From Laetmonice hystrix (Eukaryota), in NCBI GenBank assembly GCA_965235115.1, contig OZ249436.1, positions 31,746,001 to 31,810,000 of the forward strand: a DNA stretch of 64,000 nt, written 5' to 3'. The position numbers and the translations under genes were made by a program. This document shows, one piece after another, positions 37,101 through 48,419 of this stretch. Numbering within the stretch: position 1 is the first letter of the stretch; each line of letters begins with the position of its first letter. Below the pieces are notes generated by a model, which ran no database searches, was not told the DNA's origin, and saw only the letters and a list, made by a program, of their open reading frames with translations.

Positions 37101-40100
37101 CCTGTATGAAGTCAACTCACCTGACCTCTGTCTTGACCTGAGTCAGGGCTTCTCGGATCACTTTGTATAGAAGAGAAAGACGTGTCATGGGACCGTCTTG
37201 CTGGCTTCAGGCTCAACTTGAGCGGAACCTGCCTTTGCTTAGCCACACTTTTGTCAGCAGCCTGCTGAATTTGCATGTGGTATCTGTACGTCCCTTCCGT
37301 GCTCTCCACTTGACCTACAATGATTCATGAGTTCCAATGCTGCCATACAAATCCCATGAGTCAAAGATCATTATAAAGAACAGTAAGTAAATCATTTACT
37401 TGTAACCATTTTATGAACAGGAAGGAAACTTTCTGCCATTTCAAAAGGACGAGTCCAAAATGTTTTGAGGAAACAATTGAGATCCTTGCTCTTCAATTCT
37501 TAGGGACCAACATTTGACTTTAGGATGAGAGACTAAATTACCTGAGGCAAGGTTGAAACTTCTGCCTTTGATGCCCGCCTCTTTGGAGGGAGGCGACCAC
37601 CAGTTTAATAGTGATCCCACCAGAGGCACTTGGCGCAACACTCCCTGGACGAGTCAACAGCCATGTTACTTAATGGGTCTTCACAACAGTCATGCATTTA
37701 AGATATGTCATTGTCAATTCAGCAGATCTAAAATCGTTTACTAACAAATATTGTTTTTCTTCAATTAATTGTGATCACAACATACCTCTTGCACAAGCTT
37801 TTCCTGGCCTTCCTGATGCAGGTCATGATTGGCGCGTTCGATACCCTGTTTCACTATTTCAGCCATCGTCTCCAGAAACTGTCAACCACAAATATTATTT
37901 AATTAATAATTTTTCATTTATACAGAAAGAGTTCTTGGAAAGGCAGGTCTTCCTGCACTTTAGAATAGAGGATTAATTTAGTCTTCACCTAAAGCAGGCT
38001 GTCTCCTTAAGACATCAATTTCTACTTTCAAGTCCCACACCAAGGACCCCCGTTGAGTTGGACATTACCTTAGACGACTCCTCTACCTCCCGTCCGGTGG
38101 TGTAAACCAGTGCTATTAGCTCCTCCAGGTCTGTGTCATCAGTGATGAGGCCAAACCTGACACAGGCCAAAGACTCTTCTGACATGCCTGTCAAAAAATA
38201 AACCAACATGATCCAATAAAAAATAGGCAATTTAATAACTTGGCCCTTGTCAACATCATAGACACACAAATACATCAAAGCATTCAACACAACACTCAAC
38301 TGTTAAAACACAGGACGATACTACCAGTGCCTAGGTCCCTTACCTAGGCTGAAAGCTGTGTCGGCTGACTTTAGCTGCTGCACAAGCTGAGTGTTGAGCT
38401 GGTTGATCTCACGTTTGGCTATGTCAGGCAGCTGATCAAGTTTCTCCACCCACTGCTCCGGGATGTACCTGATTGTGACCGAAGGAACACATAATACATG
38501 TGGGCCCTCTTACTCAGTGTAAGGCTGATAGCACTTCAAGGATGTAACAAGTATTATCTACTATCAGTACCAGTATCAGTATGAGAAAATGATTAACTAC
38601 GTTTTCCATTCAATTCTGGGTACTTACTGCACAGTACCGAGGCCAGCCCAGTTGGACAGGTTGACAATGCGGAGGTTATCCTGAGCTTCGACAATAGCCT
38701 GAAAATCTGCACGCTGCCTCACTGTGGCGTTCAGGATATGTAGCTGGTGATCCAGACATTTCTGGAAGGCTGTCACGTCTTCTATTGATGTGTCAATGTC
38801 TGGTAAAATACCATGAGGTCAAGTTACCAATAACATAACTAATCAGCCAGATGCCTCTGTTTTTGTGTTGAGCTGGTTTTCACAAATATGTTCTATGGCA
38901 GTACTACTGCTTTTTCTCTTTCAAAGGAATTGTACCCTTTTTATTGGAGTGCAGTGTACTCGAAAACCCTACTTACTATGCGCTGTTTCAAGGGGGCAGA
39001 ATCTGATGCAAATGCCCTCTCCATCCACCTCTACAGTGCTGATATTTACTTTGGAGATCTCACGTTTCATCGTCTCAGACAACTGAAACATGACAAAGAC
39101 ATCTTCAAAACAAGTGTTAACAGTGGTGACCAGCATGACTACCACTCAATATTCATTGCTTACCTTAGTTAGAACTGAGAAATTACGGACCAATTGAAGG
39201 AATCTAGAAATGAAAGCTGAACCGACTACCTCCACTTCATTTCATAAGATACGAATAATTTACCCATAGGTTGAGGGCATCAAAATATGGATCCTTGTCC
39301 ATGTAGTCTTCCGACAACGTAGAATCATCAACATTTTCATCTGACTTCTGCTCGTCGGATTTCTCAACTGTAACGCGAAGTAATACTTATTCTCAACCTT
39401 AATTTTGGTGTCATAGTACAGGAATTGTAATGTATACTAATGCTTCACGACCTGTGATAAATATACTATTACGTTAGTCAAAAGTTGGCCAAGTTCCTAC
39501 ACAAATACTCTGTTAGTACCATACAATACAATAAAATGAACAACTACTCACAAGGTTCCTTTTTAGGCTCTTGGTATCTGAACACCACTGTGGGATTCTC
39601 AATCTCAAAGATTATCTGCAAAGGACAGAATAAAAGTATTCAACAAGCTTTTGGTCATGTCCATGGAGCTGATGAGATTCCGAATACAATTACTGTTGTT
39701 AGAGCCAATGAATTATAAGATTGTTCCCATTGAGGATTCTTTTAGGGAGCTTGACCTGCTAACTGTGACTGGAAGTAGTTAATTGCAGTTTGGGACTTAA
39801 ACATTGACTTAAAATTCCAGCTATTGTTATTCTCTGGAACAACTTACAAGAGCACTGATAGCCTTTGAAATCAGATCACTTATTCCCGTCTTTTGGGGCC
39901 GATCTTCATCTGCCTCAATGTCCTTCTTCCCCTGCCAGATCAAAATTCACAAACCAAGTCAGGTTAAAGATAAACAGTCTAGTCATTAATAAAACAAAGG
40001 ACTGTGCAAAGGAATTATAACAACTAAATAAAACTAGATACCATGATTCCAAGGAATCATGATCCCTTTCCCTAAGAAAAATTAATATGGTTACTGTAAT

Positions 40101-43100
40101 TAGTTCATGGTCCAAAAAATCCAAAAAAAATAATTGTCTGCAATAGGTTGGATTCGAAACCATGATCTCCAGCTTTCAGGGCAGGCATGGTACCCACGTG
40201 GGTGGATGACATCACAGTGATGTTACAGCAAAAAGTTTGCATAAGTTTGGCTCAGCATTCCACCCTCTTTAAGCACACAAAGTTTAGGCACACTTTAAGC
40301 ACACAAAGTCAAATAAAAAAAAATCACTCTGTTACCTGTTGAGGCCCCCTCCTAGGGATCTTCATGTTTAATTTGGTGAGAATTCTCCAAAAATTGATAG
40401 AGAAATAAACTTTAAGGGGCGACCACTTACCACTTGTTTGATAGTGGGGATCTTCTCGAGGTGACTCGATAACTGCTTTGCCTAGTAGAAAACAGTATTA
40501 AGCAATAATCAGAGACAAATTAAATCTGTAACAGAGATTGTCCAAATGTATCAGATTAAACACTCAAATTACTTTCAGGATGTTCTACAAGAAAGCACTT
40601 TTTGATCATTTTAATAGTTCCATGACTGCCATGGGGTATGGCAGCGTCAATATCAGGTTCATATCTCTTTATCTATATTTGGTAGAAGAGACTTACCAGA
40701 TCTATGGAATGTTTGACTCTGTTAACAACACCTTCATGGCCCAGATTTTGTAAACTAAGCCAGATGGGTAGAGAGTTGAGCTTGTAACGAACATTAAACG
40801 ATGTCAGTCCTGAGGCATGGGCCATGGCTGGGTCGGCTGTTTTGTACAAAGTCTTAAAAATGGTAAAGGTTCGCCAACTAAATTTACCCTTTGGATTAAA
40901 GGGACCAATTCTCGCAACATGCACTGACAAGCCTTTTCACATAATGCATTTACTTTTAGTGATTTACAAGTCCATCAAAGCCACTAAGATAGTTCTTAAA
41001 CTTATCTACTTGGTATCTAAGCTAATGTTTCAGCATTGCTCTCCACAGCCTCAAGGATACAATATATGGTACAGCTGGGAGACCGAGCCAACTGCCCAGG
41101 TTCAGGGTCATGCTGTCACCAGACTTTGCAGGGCTGATGGATGTGGGCACAGAGAACATCGTCAGGGTGGCCAGGTTATTCCTGATATGAACAAATAAAA
41201 TCAAATTCAAAGTTTAATTAAGGTGGTAACGAGATGCATCTTTCCCAAAAACAGATCTATGCAATATATGGCCAACTGTTGCATAAGGTATACAATGAGG
41301 CTACACTTTTTTCCATAAAGCTCTTTGGTGCCAACATGGCAGGTTGTCTGCATGTATTTCTAAACAAGTTTAGTTCAAATTAAGAGCCAAAATGCCATCA
41401 TCAAGAGTCGAACAGTATGTAGGTGTCTTCTATACTATAAAATATTAGAATTCAGAAATTTATCAGTTATCCCCACAAGCATCTATACTATGTAATATTT
41501 TTGGACTGCACATAAATATCTCATATGAACATCAACTTTCCTCAGTTAAATCAGACTTTAAACCCAAAAACATTTTTTAGATATAATAAAGTCAGATGCT
41601 ATTGTAAACAAGAGTGAGTTGAACTGACCCTTCAATGTGTAGCCACATCTCGGCCTTCTTACAGATCTCCTGCAAGTGCTGGATGTTGTCGACATGCCCC
41701 ACTAGTGGGGTGCCAGCGTAAGCCACCATTAGGACGGGTGTTTTCCCCGATGCCACATCATCCTCAATCAACTTCTCCAGGGTTGGAATGTCCATCTTGT
41801 GTGTGGAGCCTGACACTGTGCTGCATGGCACTGTGCACAGGCAAGACAGTGGTAGACCCAACTGAAAGTGTACATTATGGTGCCAATCATCCAATGATAT
41901 TATATTAAAAATAACACCATGCCCAAATAAACTGTCAAAAGCTTTCTGAATAATGTGGTAAACCTCCATCGGGGAACATACCTGAGAGCACAAGAACTGT
42001 CCTAGTCCTGGTTTAGAGGCAGCACTCACATACAGGATTGGTGGGCGAGCATAGAGTGCTTCATAACCATCAACCCCAAACTTTGGGTATCTGCGATGCA
42101 GGGCAAGACGGCAAACTCTCACCAAGCCCTCCCTCTCTTCCTCATGGAAGTAGGCTGAGGCATCATTGAACCTGCAAATGGTATTTTGCAAATCAGTAAA
42201 TCCTATACATGCCCATCAGTTTGACAAATAACCTGATTTACTGGAAGGCCGCAGCGGCAAAGGTAATTTAACTACTGATATTCGTTATATTCCCAAATTA
42301 GAATGATCTTATTTAATTCACTGGCGATGTTACACAAATTGAACTGTAAAATCAAAATGGCTAAAGTTACCATTAGGCATTACTTACTGGTAGGGTGGCA
42401 CATTTCACTATAAAATCAAGGTAGACGATTTAAGCTGATTAGTCTCAATTCTACAACTCTTACTAAGTTACTACCCAGGTAGATTTTCCTTACCACCAAA
42501 CCAAGAATTTGTGGTAAGCTAGGTTTGCTAATCGTGATGAATGTCATAGGACCTCACCTAAAGAGTCTTGAGGTCCACAGTGTAGTATCGGACACAATCC
42601 TTGTTGTGAACTGTCGCAGATGGCTAAGTTCCAATGTTGAAACATATGCAGCTATACTGTGGCTAAGGATGGCAACTTCTGTGTTGTCATCAAGGGACTT
42701 CAGCCGAGCAGGTCTGTATGAGGGACACATGACAAGTTCTCTTCAGAAATGGTTTGATTTTAGTATAAAATATACTAAAAACTAGAAAGATGACATTTCT
42801 TTTCTTCATGTGAATTAATCATTCAAATGATAATAGTCCATGTTAACAGATCCACTTTTTTTTACATTTTGTTAAAGGAAATTGTGTATTCTTTTGAACA
42901 GGTTCCTTACATAAGTTTAGAATGGTTCTCATTTTCTGAGAAGTTCTCATATAGAAGTAGGTCCTGGATGTGCTTCATGATGTCTGGCAGCTTCTGACCA
43001 CTGTAAAAATTTATACAACACAGCATTCTGAGAATGAGCTTCCGTTTGTTCATCAGATAATGTTCTTGAAGGGAAAGGCACATAATTATTACCTGTTGCC

Positions 43101-46088
43101 TGCAGTAAAAAAAGGTGCAATATTCAGTACTGTTTACCATTTAAAACAACTCTCCAACTCTTTCAATCTTAGTTGAAGTTGTTTAATAATTTCAAGAAAC
43201 ATTTTGAATGAATATAGTGTCTACTCTGTTGTTAACAAATTTATCACACTTACTTTCCCATCAGTGGACCAGGAATGTGCTTGCTCAACCTCTGCTTCCG
43301 TCTCTCTTCACGCTCCTCATCCCATCTCCTGTCACAAACCACCATATCAAAATTTTTAATTCAGAGTTTCAATAATTTTATACCTTTATACCGAAGAAAA
43401 CACATGAAGAATAGGGCCTCTAATATCAAACGGGTACTGCTTCCATAAGCTAAACGGTTTTAAAGTAGACCTGGCCTACCTTTGGATATCATCCAGGATT
43501 TCATTATTCCGACGCACACTCTCTTCCATCTTCGAGAACATCGGATTCATGAAATGCTAGAAAATCAAGTATCATTATAATCTAGTATCCTGCATGTCCA
43601 TTTTGCAAGTTTTACCATAACCAATAACGCTTCCAGAGGATAGTTCAATGTACGTACACATAAAACATTATTCCCAAGTGTACACTGTCCAGATTACTGC
43701 TTTGGTGTATCTAAAAAATCAAGGGGGGGGAGGGTTCTTTAGCCAACATTTTGAAGGTGGGTGCTGGCATTCCGGCAAAATAAGTTAACACGTTTGACTA
43801 ATTACGGACACAAAACAATATGTTTGGGTTAGGGTAAAGATTAGGCCTAGGTTTAGCATTAGTTTAGTCTCAAAATGGTTAATTAAGCACCAGAAGACAT
43901 CATCCAATAGGAATCCAGTATTGCAGTTACATGACCCATCCATATGCAGACCTGCCAACATAAGTAACCAAATAGGAATCCAGTATTGCAGTTACATGAC
44001 CCATCCCTGCCCATCCATATGCAGACCTGCCAACATAAGTAACCAAATAGGAATCCAGTATTGCAGTTACATGACCCATCCATATGCAGACCTGCCAACA
44101 TAACCAAATTTTTCTGAGTAGCAATATTCAGCCCTGTGCCCCAAAGGGGCACAGCCTGGGCACGTGCCGCAGGCACGTACAAGGGGGTAGGTTCGGGAGG
44201 GGAATCTCCCTCCTATTGTCACAGGGGACACCATTGGAAAAAATTGAAATTAAGAGTTGTCTCGGGTGCATTCTGAGCACATTTTGATGAATTATCAGTT
44301 TGGAAATGACAATATTTACAGTAAATAGCCGTTTCTAATCATTTTGTGTAGTACATGAAGTATTGAGGGCACAACAGTGTAGCAATGTAGTCGGAGTGTC
44401 AAATACAAATGCGTACCAGATGCACAAAATCAGTACGGTAATAGTTGCAGGGTTAGAAATTAGGCCAAAAAATCTGGGAGCCAGCCGGGCTCCCAGAATT
44501 TGAATTCTGGGAGCCCGGCAAGAAATCTGGGGGCCCGGAATTTTACGACTAGTGAAGAGTTGGGAAAACTTGGAAAAAGTATGAAAACCTGCACTGCCTA
44601 TGTGCACCATAGGGCTTTTATTTTTAAAATGGATGCGCATAGTTTCTGAAGGATGGCATCGATGTACAACAATAGGCCATGCAGTGATAATCACCTATCA
44701 AATCGACTGTATTGCACGGGATTTTAGCGGAAGTATTGCGGATTAATAGGGACACTTTATTATAAGTAAGAAGGGAAACATCAGTTTGCAATCCGCATTG
44801 AAATCTATAGGTACGTGACATTTGGGGGTTTTCCTATGGCGATGTGCACATCCTTCTCCACGGGTAGCGTTAGAAGGATGGCCACATCTAGGTAGCACCT
44901 ACATCATATTACCGTATATCGTCTGTAGGGGTGTCTGTAGATTCCAGTTGACATATTATGTCAACTGGAATCTACAGACACCCCCCCCACAAGACCCCCG
45001 TATAGGCCCCTCGTGACTTTGTTATTCTCAACGATCTTGCATCAATCTAAAGAATGACTAAAATACCTGTATAAAGTTCAATGCATCCCCATTTGGTGGA
45101 AGATTCTCATATCTGAGATGTGCTTAATAATTCTAGTCATTACTGACATTAGTGAGACTGCCACTTTCAGAGCTACATCTGGGTTTTCTTTATAAAATAA
45201 CCCCAAAAATTCAGGGGCCCACCAGGCTCCTCTGTGGGAGAGTTTTGCTTTTGGGAGCCCGGCAACAAATTTGGAAGCCCCGGGCTCCCGGTAATTTTGA
45301 TGCCTGAGTTGGCAGGTCTGCATATGCCGGCAAAATAACTGCATTGCCTCCCTTTTCTTCAACTTTGTCGTCTTTGTTCTTACATCTTGAAAAGAATTCA
45401 ATACTTGAAAAAACACCAGGGGCAGGGCATTTTTAATTAACTATGAGTATGAGTATGAGACCCACCACATTTAAGTTAACAAGCAAAGAATGATCTGAAT
45501 GATCCCCGATAGACCGGAACAAAGAAGAAAACTAGGGAGCACAGACCATCCATTGCCTGGCCCTGGGCCCTGACCAGGCGGTACGTGTCAGGACCAGCAA
45601 AGCACTGCACTGTGCAGTGGCCAACGATCGGCAGTGGACACGCCCTCCCTCACGCCACGGCATCAACAAATACACTCAGTAACAGACCAAGCACCGGTGA
45701 AAATATTACAGCGTTCATACTTAGCATCCTGCAGTATCAACGCTTTAAACGACTAATGTAGCTGTAGATTAGATCACTTCTTAGGCTATACGGTCGTTGA
45801 TAAACAGCGCTCTCTGACTTGTCTTATAAATTTATGAGCTTGACGGCGCTTGGGCCTTGCAAGCAGCGAGCTAACCTTGTACGCGTTGTCGTCTCTTGCC
45901 TTCGCCGGTAAGCCGGCTGCTTTCCTTGACTCTTCCTGCATGTTCATCGTTTCACCTTTAGAAGCCACAACAATCGGGCCTTCTTTAGCATCATTTGACA
46001 CCGCGGAAGGGTTGCCTGGAGTTGCTGTCGCGGTTTCATTGGCCATGCTCCTAGCTTTCTCGGTCACTTCGCTTACGATTTCGGCCAT
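34197..46088 (-). CDS. PDXDC1: Pyridoxal-dependent decarboxylase domain-containing protein 1, 22 coding exons, about 922 aa
   Basis: Hand-spliced exons, all GT-AG with consistent phases: 46088-45876, 43556-43480, 43328-43254, 43000-42911, 42713-42558, 42171-41982, 41861-41629, 41181-41061, 40852-40697, 40481-40431, 39931-39848, 39615-39552, 39367-39264, 39082-38977, 38799-38628, 38468-38344, 38187-38069, 37878-37786, 37644-37542, 37314-37121, 36745-36578, 34271-34197 (2769 nt). Hallmark peptides match PDXDC1 as recalled: SDTTLW, AYFHEEEREGL, PGLGQFLCSQLGLP, WLHIEG, WLGLPAVP, LPIWLSLQ, GVLRQVPLVGSLLNW, KGRSFNL. The first and the last two exons are less certain than the core. Confidence 0.95.
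34305..36225 (-). mobile_element. Degenerate non-LTR retrotransposon (CR1/L2-like LINE ORF2 fragment) in the last PDXDC1 intron
   Basis: RT motifs PKAWKSATLIPLQKEG, NNLRPISLLPLPGKLLEKII, QGGFRKG and VFIDFKKAFDTVNH (ORF 34937..35533). Post-RT region WCNKNCLTINTKKTKIM and LNKLQRFQNRGLK; linker region LDWNDYF..WD..CP. Contains frameshifts and is truncated at both ends. Confidence 0.93.
34768..35090. mobile_element. PIF/Harbinger-like MITE (323 bp) nested in the LINE RT
   Basis: 28-bp TIRs GGGCGCGTTTGTTTCACGTGCGGGTTCC and GGGTGTGTTTGTTTCACGTGCAGGTTCC (3 mismatches). Flanks are TTA (left) and ATA (right). Internal direct repeat of about 39 bp at about 34810 and 34949. Confidence 0.82.
36419..36444 (-). 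other. PDXDC1: Candidate 26-nt alternative (frame-shifting) exon of PDXDC1
   Basis: CATTCTTCATCTTTAG|AATAAGCAGTCACAAACCAAACAATG|GTGAGT: strong acceptor and consensus donor. Confidence 0.55.
40125..40205 (-). mobile_element. tRNA-derived SINE head or tRNA-like relic
   Basis: Minus strand GTGGGTACCATGCCTGCCCCTGAAAGCTGGAGATCATGGTTTCGAATCC has a B-box-like motif followed by a T-run. No complete cloverleaf. Confidence 0.35.
40853..41060 (-). other. PDXDC1: U12-type (minor spliceosome) GT-AG intron, PDXDC1 intron 8, 208 nt
   Basis: 5' splice site GTATCCTT. Branch-like CCTTTAC at 40869-40863 has its A 12 nt from the 3' end (ACCTTTACCATTTTTAAG|). Splicing joins LGLPAVPYI to TLYKTADP, colinear with PDXDC1. 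Confidence 0.88.
43905..44108. repeat. 65-bp tandem repeat, 3 copies (the second has a 10-bp insertion)
   Basis: Unit AATAGGAATCCAGTATTGCAGTTACATGACCCATCCATATGCAGACCTGCCAACATAAGTAACCA. Confidence 0.92.
44448..45306. mobile_element. Non-autonomous DNA transposon, hAT-like with a 5-bp TSD, in PDXDC1 intron 1
   Basis: Termini CAGGGTTAGAAATTA ... TAATTTTGATGCCTG. AGTTG is duplicated on both flanks (44443-44447, 45307-45311). TGGGAGCCCGG-type subterminal repeats cluster at both ends. Confidence 0.65.
44928..44984. repeat. Perfect 28-bp inverted repeat with a 1-nt spacer
   Basis: GGGGTGTCTGTAGATTCCAGTTGACATA-T-TATGTCAACTGGAATCTACAGACACCCC. Confidence 0.95.
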
Positions 46089-46445
46089 GTTTCCACGCTG
46101 GCAGCGGCCTGCCATCAACTGGTCCGGTGTCCGATTACGACATTTTCCGTGTCCCATTTGCAGAATAACATGCTTATTTATTAAAAAATCTCCTGTTATC
46201 TACGAAAAAGAAATATATTTATTATGATAATAATAGCATAACATTCAACGATTTTATCCTGAGTGTCTTTGAATGTCGCAATTGGGACCGACGTCGCTCT
46301 TGCCGGTGACGTCATTAGCAAGTTTGAGTCGTGGTGGTCGTGGCTGTGGAGTCGGAAGGGACAACATAGGCCTAGACGGGAAAGTGTCAACAGGTTGTAG
46401 CTTACTCTCTGCATGATAAACTCTTGACAGGAATGCCTTTGGGTA
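46089..46445. promoter_or_regulatory. Putative bidirectional promoter between PDXDC1 and MFSD6L
   Basis: CpG-rich segment with a full CRE, TGACGTCA, at 46307-46314. A plus-strand donor GG|GTAATG at 46443 could join the acceptor TCTCTCCCTGTTTCAG| at 48385, upstream of the MFSD6L ATG. Confidence 0.5.
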
Positions 46446-46754
46446 ATGCTTTGTATAAATGAGTATAGATCACTTAAAACATGGAATATGGTGCTTAGTT
46501 GAATTCCTTAAAGCAGTTTCCCAACTAACTAACTCAGTAACTGTGTGTGTTGTGTCAGTGACTGTTGCCAGTGTTGGCTTGACCCGCCTTGGGCTTGGCT
46601 TGGTCCTACCCTCGCCCCCCCCCCCCCGCCCCCCCCCCCCCGTATCCCAGAAATCGTGATATAAAATTATAAATGTAACACATACATGTGCAAACTGTGA
46701 CTGCTATCACACAAGTTATCACACTGGGTGATAAATTTTCCGTAAAAAGTTACA

Positions 46755-47216
46755 TACAGTGTCGGTGATACACCACCTAACTTAGTGGTGCAGAATTGCA
46801 GAAGTTACAAGAAGGAACCTTCGCATGAAAATTTTTTGAATATTTCATTTTTTTCTCCGATGATTTTTTTTATTTTTGGGGGCATGGTGCTCCAAGGAAT
46901 AAGCGAAGAATTAAAATGTTATTGCTTTTTCCTGGTCTCTATATTGAAGTTTCAGTGGGGAAAAATACAAGTTGCCAGCTCTTATAATTTCTCAATGGCA
47001 GCCCTCTAAAAACGGCTCAGAAAAAGAAGCGTTTTTTTTCCAGGGGTACCCCCATGCAAACTCATGGGGATATAACAAGGGAACCGTTGGGAATTTGGAA
47101 GAAAAATTTCAGAAATGTACTTCAGATATATAGATCTAACTACATGCCAATTTTATAAGAAAGAAAATGGAGATGGTCACCCGGGAGCCACTGGTTGATT
47201 TGACATGGAATGACCC
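46755..47216. mobile_element. Probable DNA-transposon remnant (one terminus)
   Basis: Ends in ...GGTTGATTTGACATGGAATGACCC, a TIR-like terminus, after an A/T-tract-rich body typical of MITEs. The matching TIR was not found. Confidence 0.3.
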
Positions 47217-48419
47217 GACTGTACTCAATCAACTTACGGTACAGTCAAATAGCACAAGCACAGGAGAAACCATTGCCGGCTAAATATACACTGCCTTTAA
47301 AAAAAGTTATTTTCTGGGGTTTAAAAAAAGTTATTTTCTGAGGTTTGAAGATACAGTCACATTATTACATTTCTCATAAAGTATTTAATTTATACTAGAT
47401 GTGCAAAAACAAAGTGTTTATTCAGGCCTTGCGTTTTGAGGTGCGCGATCGCTCTCGCGCACCATCGCGCACCTAAATTCTCTTGTTGGCGCGTGAATTT
47501 TCGCGCTCCATGGCTTAGGAAAACGAAAGTCTACAACTGCTATACACAAGGGGAGGTGGGCTAATGACGCCATGGCATTGATGGCAGTGACAGCAAAGTT
47601 GGGCAGCAACCGTCAACCCTATGAAACATGCTGAGACGTGTATCAGCTAGATGCTTCACCAGACTGGTCATAGTGTGAAAACTCACTGTCCAAACGCCAG
47701 GGTCACCATCACCTCCCATTGTTAATCGGGCTGTTACTTTCCCTGGGCATTGAAAACAATAGGGCACACCTTTATTTTTGGAAGCCATCATATATTCACA
47801 CGTAAAACAATGGGTGTTGGAGGAACACCATGCAGCTTTTCGTATATAGCAGGCTATAGTTCCCACTGGGAACCTACAGACCCAGGGATAATATACTGAA
47901 CTAACTTCTTGACCATCCTCAGACACATGAGTGTCCATCTATAAGCCGCACCCCCAATCTATGATTAGTTTGAGGAGGAAAAAAGTGCAGCTTGGACACA
48001 GAAGATTACGGTTCAAGAAAGGAATTCATACTGCTGGATTCAGTACTTTTATATTGTTTAAATTATCTTATGGTATCAGTTTCTGAAATATAATTCATCA
48101 GTCAATGTATTATAAACATAGAACATTCAATTAATGTAACAAAGTGTCATTTTAGATAGGAGAGCAAATCACTCTCCTGGGCATTTTTAGGAGGACTGTT
48201 AATAGCTCTCCACCATTTTTCAAACTGCAAGGCCTGGTTTATTTGAAATGATAAAGCAACCTTCCATTGGGGAAACATAAATTAAAATTTTTCCTACTAA
48301 ATCCAATGCTAAATCAAAATCATTCGGGTAACAAAAGTGGAATAAATTTGGTATTAAATTTGTGATTATTCTCTCCCTGTTTCAGATTCGTCCAACCAAG
48401 GCAAGGTTGTGAAGCAAAT

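Noticed and set aside
40125..40205. Functional tRNA gene
   Set aside because: Only a B-box-like motif is present; acceptor and D stems cannot be formed convincingly.
45850..46227. 125-aa hydrophobic plus-strand ORF
   Set aside because: Antisense shadow of PDXDC1 exon 1.
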